Below the pieces are notes generated by a model. The model was not told where the DNA came from, ran no database searches, and saw only the letters and a program-made list of their open reading frames with translations. The position numbers and the translations under genes are program-made. Of a DNA stretch of 64,000 bases, positions 62,456-64,000 are shown one piece after another. Numbering within the stretch: position 1 is the stretch's first letter; each line of letters starts with the position of its first letter. Location: positions 1 through 64,000 of the IMG/VR virus record IMGVR_UViG_3300005405_000008. One strand, written 5' to 3'. Source of the DNA: an uncultured virus (IMG/VR IMGVR_UViG_3300005405_000008). Its lineage: Duplodnaviria > Heunggongvirae > Uroviricota > Caudoviricetes.

Positions 62456-62859
62456 CTTTTATTATATTTCATCTCCTTATAAGAGAATAGGGGAGAGGGT
62501 ATAATAAATTAAATAAGAGTACAGAATGAAAAGTTAACTGTGTCACACAATTTCTTTACACTCCATACTCTGTTATTGAAGGCAGTTTATGAAACTCCTT
62601 CCATATTAGATGGGAGACATACGCCTCCATATAACGTGCCTAAAGCACAAACGACTTTTATAACCACCATAAAGGCGAAATATGAGATAGAGTCTCTTGA
62701 TTAAACCCCAAGTATGTATCCATGAGAGATTGTATTTTTAACCGTAGTCAAACACAACTTTTATTCTCATGTGTAAGATGTGTATTCACAAACATCTTAT
62801 TAAGTCTTAATTAATTCAGTCGGCGTAATTCCTTTTAATAAATCAAAATTTATATAATA

Positions 62860-63208
62860 ACTTACTGCTTTCCAGCCCTGCGGATACTTTTGGGCAAGCA
62901 TAATCATCCCAAACCGTTTTATCAGGGATTTAATCAATCTTTATTATTTACTATTTAAACCTTAAACTTTACACTTATAATAAACTTTGAATTTTTAACT
63001 TTAAGCGTTTAGATTTAAACTTTAATCTTTACAGAATTTTTGTTGTTTTGCTTTTGTATCATTTGATTTTAATTAAATCATATAATTTTCAAAGTAAACA
63101 TCCTGTTAAAGATGTAAATAATATGTACTTTCTTTATATTTATTAAACCAGTCTAAGTACATAAAAGACTTGTCAATTATGGTTTAAAGTTTTCGGAAAA
63201 CAGTAAGT
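62860..63208 (-). ncRNA. Putative ~350-nt structured ncRNA with an internal heptamer repeat array
   Basis: 14-bp closing helix ACUUACUGUUUUCC (63195-63208)/GGAAAGCAGUAAGU (62860-62873); internal helices; no long ORF. Confidence 0.65.
62929..63034 (-). repeat. Degenerate 7-nt tandem repeat (approx. GNUUAAA)
   Basis: CUGUAAA GAUUAAA GUUUAAA UCUAAAC GCUUAAA GUUAAAA AUUCAAA ... GUGUAAA GUUUAAG GUUUAAA UAGUAAA UAAUAAA. Confidence 0.7.
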
Positions 63209-63231
63209 AGTTATTTCTTAAGGATTATGGA

Positions 63232-63873
63232 TTAATATTCAATTTCTATTACAGTCAGAGCATTTGATGTGCTCAGCGTGGAATCGATCTCAGATTCAAA
63301 ATCAGAAATTTCTTTCTCTAATTCATCAATTTTTTCCTTAACTTTAATTGGATCTACAAATTCAAATGAATTATTAAGAATAAATTCTTTCCTAACTTTT
63401 TCAAGTTCATCAGTATTTGTCTTACCTTCTTTTGAACCAAATAATCCAATTACATAATTTTCAGCTTTTTGATTTAATGTTTCTCCATTTTCTTTATCTA
63501 TAATTTGAATAGAATGTACATAATGTTGGTTCATTGTGTTCATTAAAGTTTTCTTATATGCCATTCCACTATTTTTCATCTCAATTGCTTCTGCTACCGT
63601 CATTTCATTATCGCCAATTTTTACTTTTGTAGTAGCATTAGATAAAACAGTTGCTCTTTTAATGGCATTCCTGCGACTGATTAAGTCATTGGCTTTGTTC
63701 CAACTAGCTTGAATTTGCGTCTTGAATTCTTCTACTGATACACCATTGATTTTGTCGTTGGAATGTTTATTTGCTTTACAATATACTCCTTGGGAAATAG
63801 TTTTATCAATTTTAGCACCAATTACTTTGAGTTCAGATAATGCTTTATGGATTGTCATTGTTTCAGTTGTCAT
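63232..63873 (-). CDS. Coiled-coil protein resembling the DIP1984/DUF6847-like family
   Basis: Internal duplication MTIHKALSELK / MTVAEAIEMK, each unit preceded or followed by an SNAxT motif; C-terminal IDSTLSTSNALTVIEIEY. The family name is from recall, not a search. Confidence 0.55.
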   Translation of the reverse strand: MTTETMTIHKALSELKVIGAKIDKTISQGVYCKANKHSNDKINGVSVEEFKTQIQASWNKANDLISRRNAIKRATVLSNATTKVKIGDNEMTVAEAIEMKNSGMAYKKTLMNTMNQHYVHSIQIIDKENGETLNQKAENYVIGLFGSKEGKTNTDELEKVRKEFILNNSFEFVDPIKVKEKIDELEKEISDFESEIDSTLSTSNALTVIEIEY

Positions 63874-64000
63874 GTTTTGTTTGTCCCCTTTAATTTTAAA
63901 TTTTGATAAATTATTAGTAGGTTAGAGAGTTAGGAGAATAATTACTAACTATGATAACTTTATCCTAACTCTCTAAAAACGAATCAAACCACAATAGTAG

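Noticed and set aside
62929..63034. CRISPR array or simple microsatellite
   Set aside because: The units are 7 nt, degenerate and have no spacers; they are enclosed in a larger paired structure.
62480..63230. tRNA or tmRNA genes
   Set aside because: No T-loop (GTTCRA) or acceptor-stem/CCA pattern recognised by eye.
1593..63925. Numerous short plus-strand ORFs in the track (other than 21193-22005)
   Set aside because: They are antisense shadows of long minus-strand genes, with no SD or recognisable motifs.

Overview
A very AT-rich 64-kb segment of a large Firmicutes (Clostridia/Bacilli-type) siphophage or prophage. The head-to-tail gene order resembles SPbeta-like phages and is almost entirely on the minus strand. 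From right to left it reads: phosphoesterase, ClpP-like protein, terminases, portal, protease/scaffold, capsid, neck, tail tube, fibre/receptor proteins, RuvC, tyrosine recombinase, helicase-like gene, tape measure, Dit and Tal. The operon is heavily invaded by selfish elements. These are a group I intron carrying an HNH gene in the tape-measure gene, six free-standing homing-endonuclease-like genes (three frameshifted), two tnpA-less TnpB elements, three antirepressor/Rha genes and vapD. Two non-coding signals stand out. (1) Nine inserted accessory genes are each preceded by a structured leader. In each leader a loop is complementary to sequence at or just upstream of that gene's own RBS, and the seed sequence differs from copy to copy. 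(2) A ~350-nt closed RNA structure containing a 7-nt-period repeat array lies directly after a DIP1984-like coiled-coil gene. All protein calls come from motif recognition and synteny only; no searches or folding programs were run.
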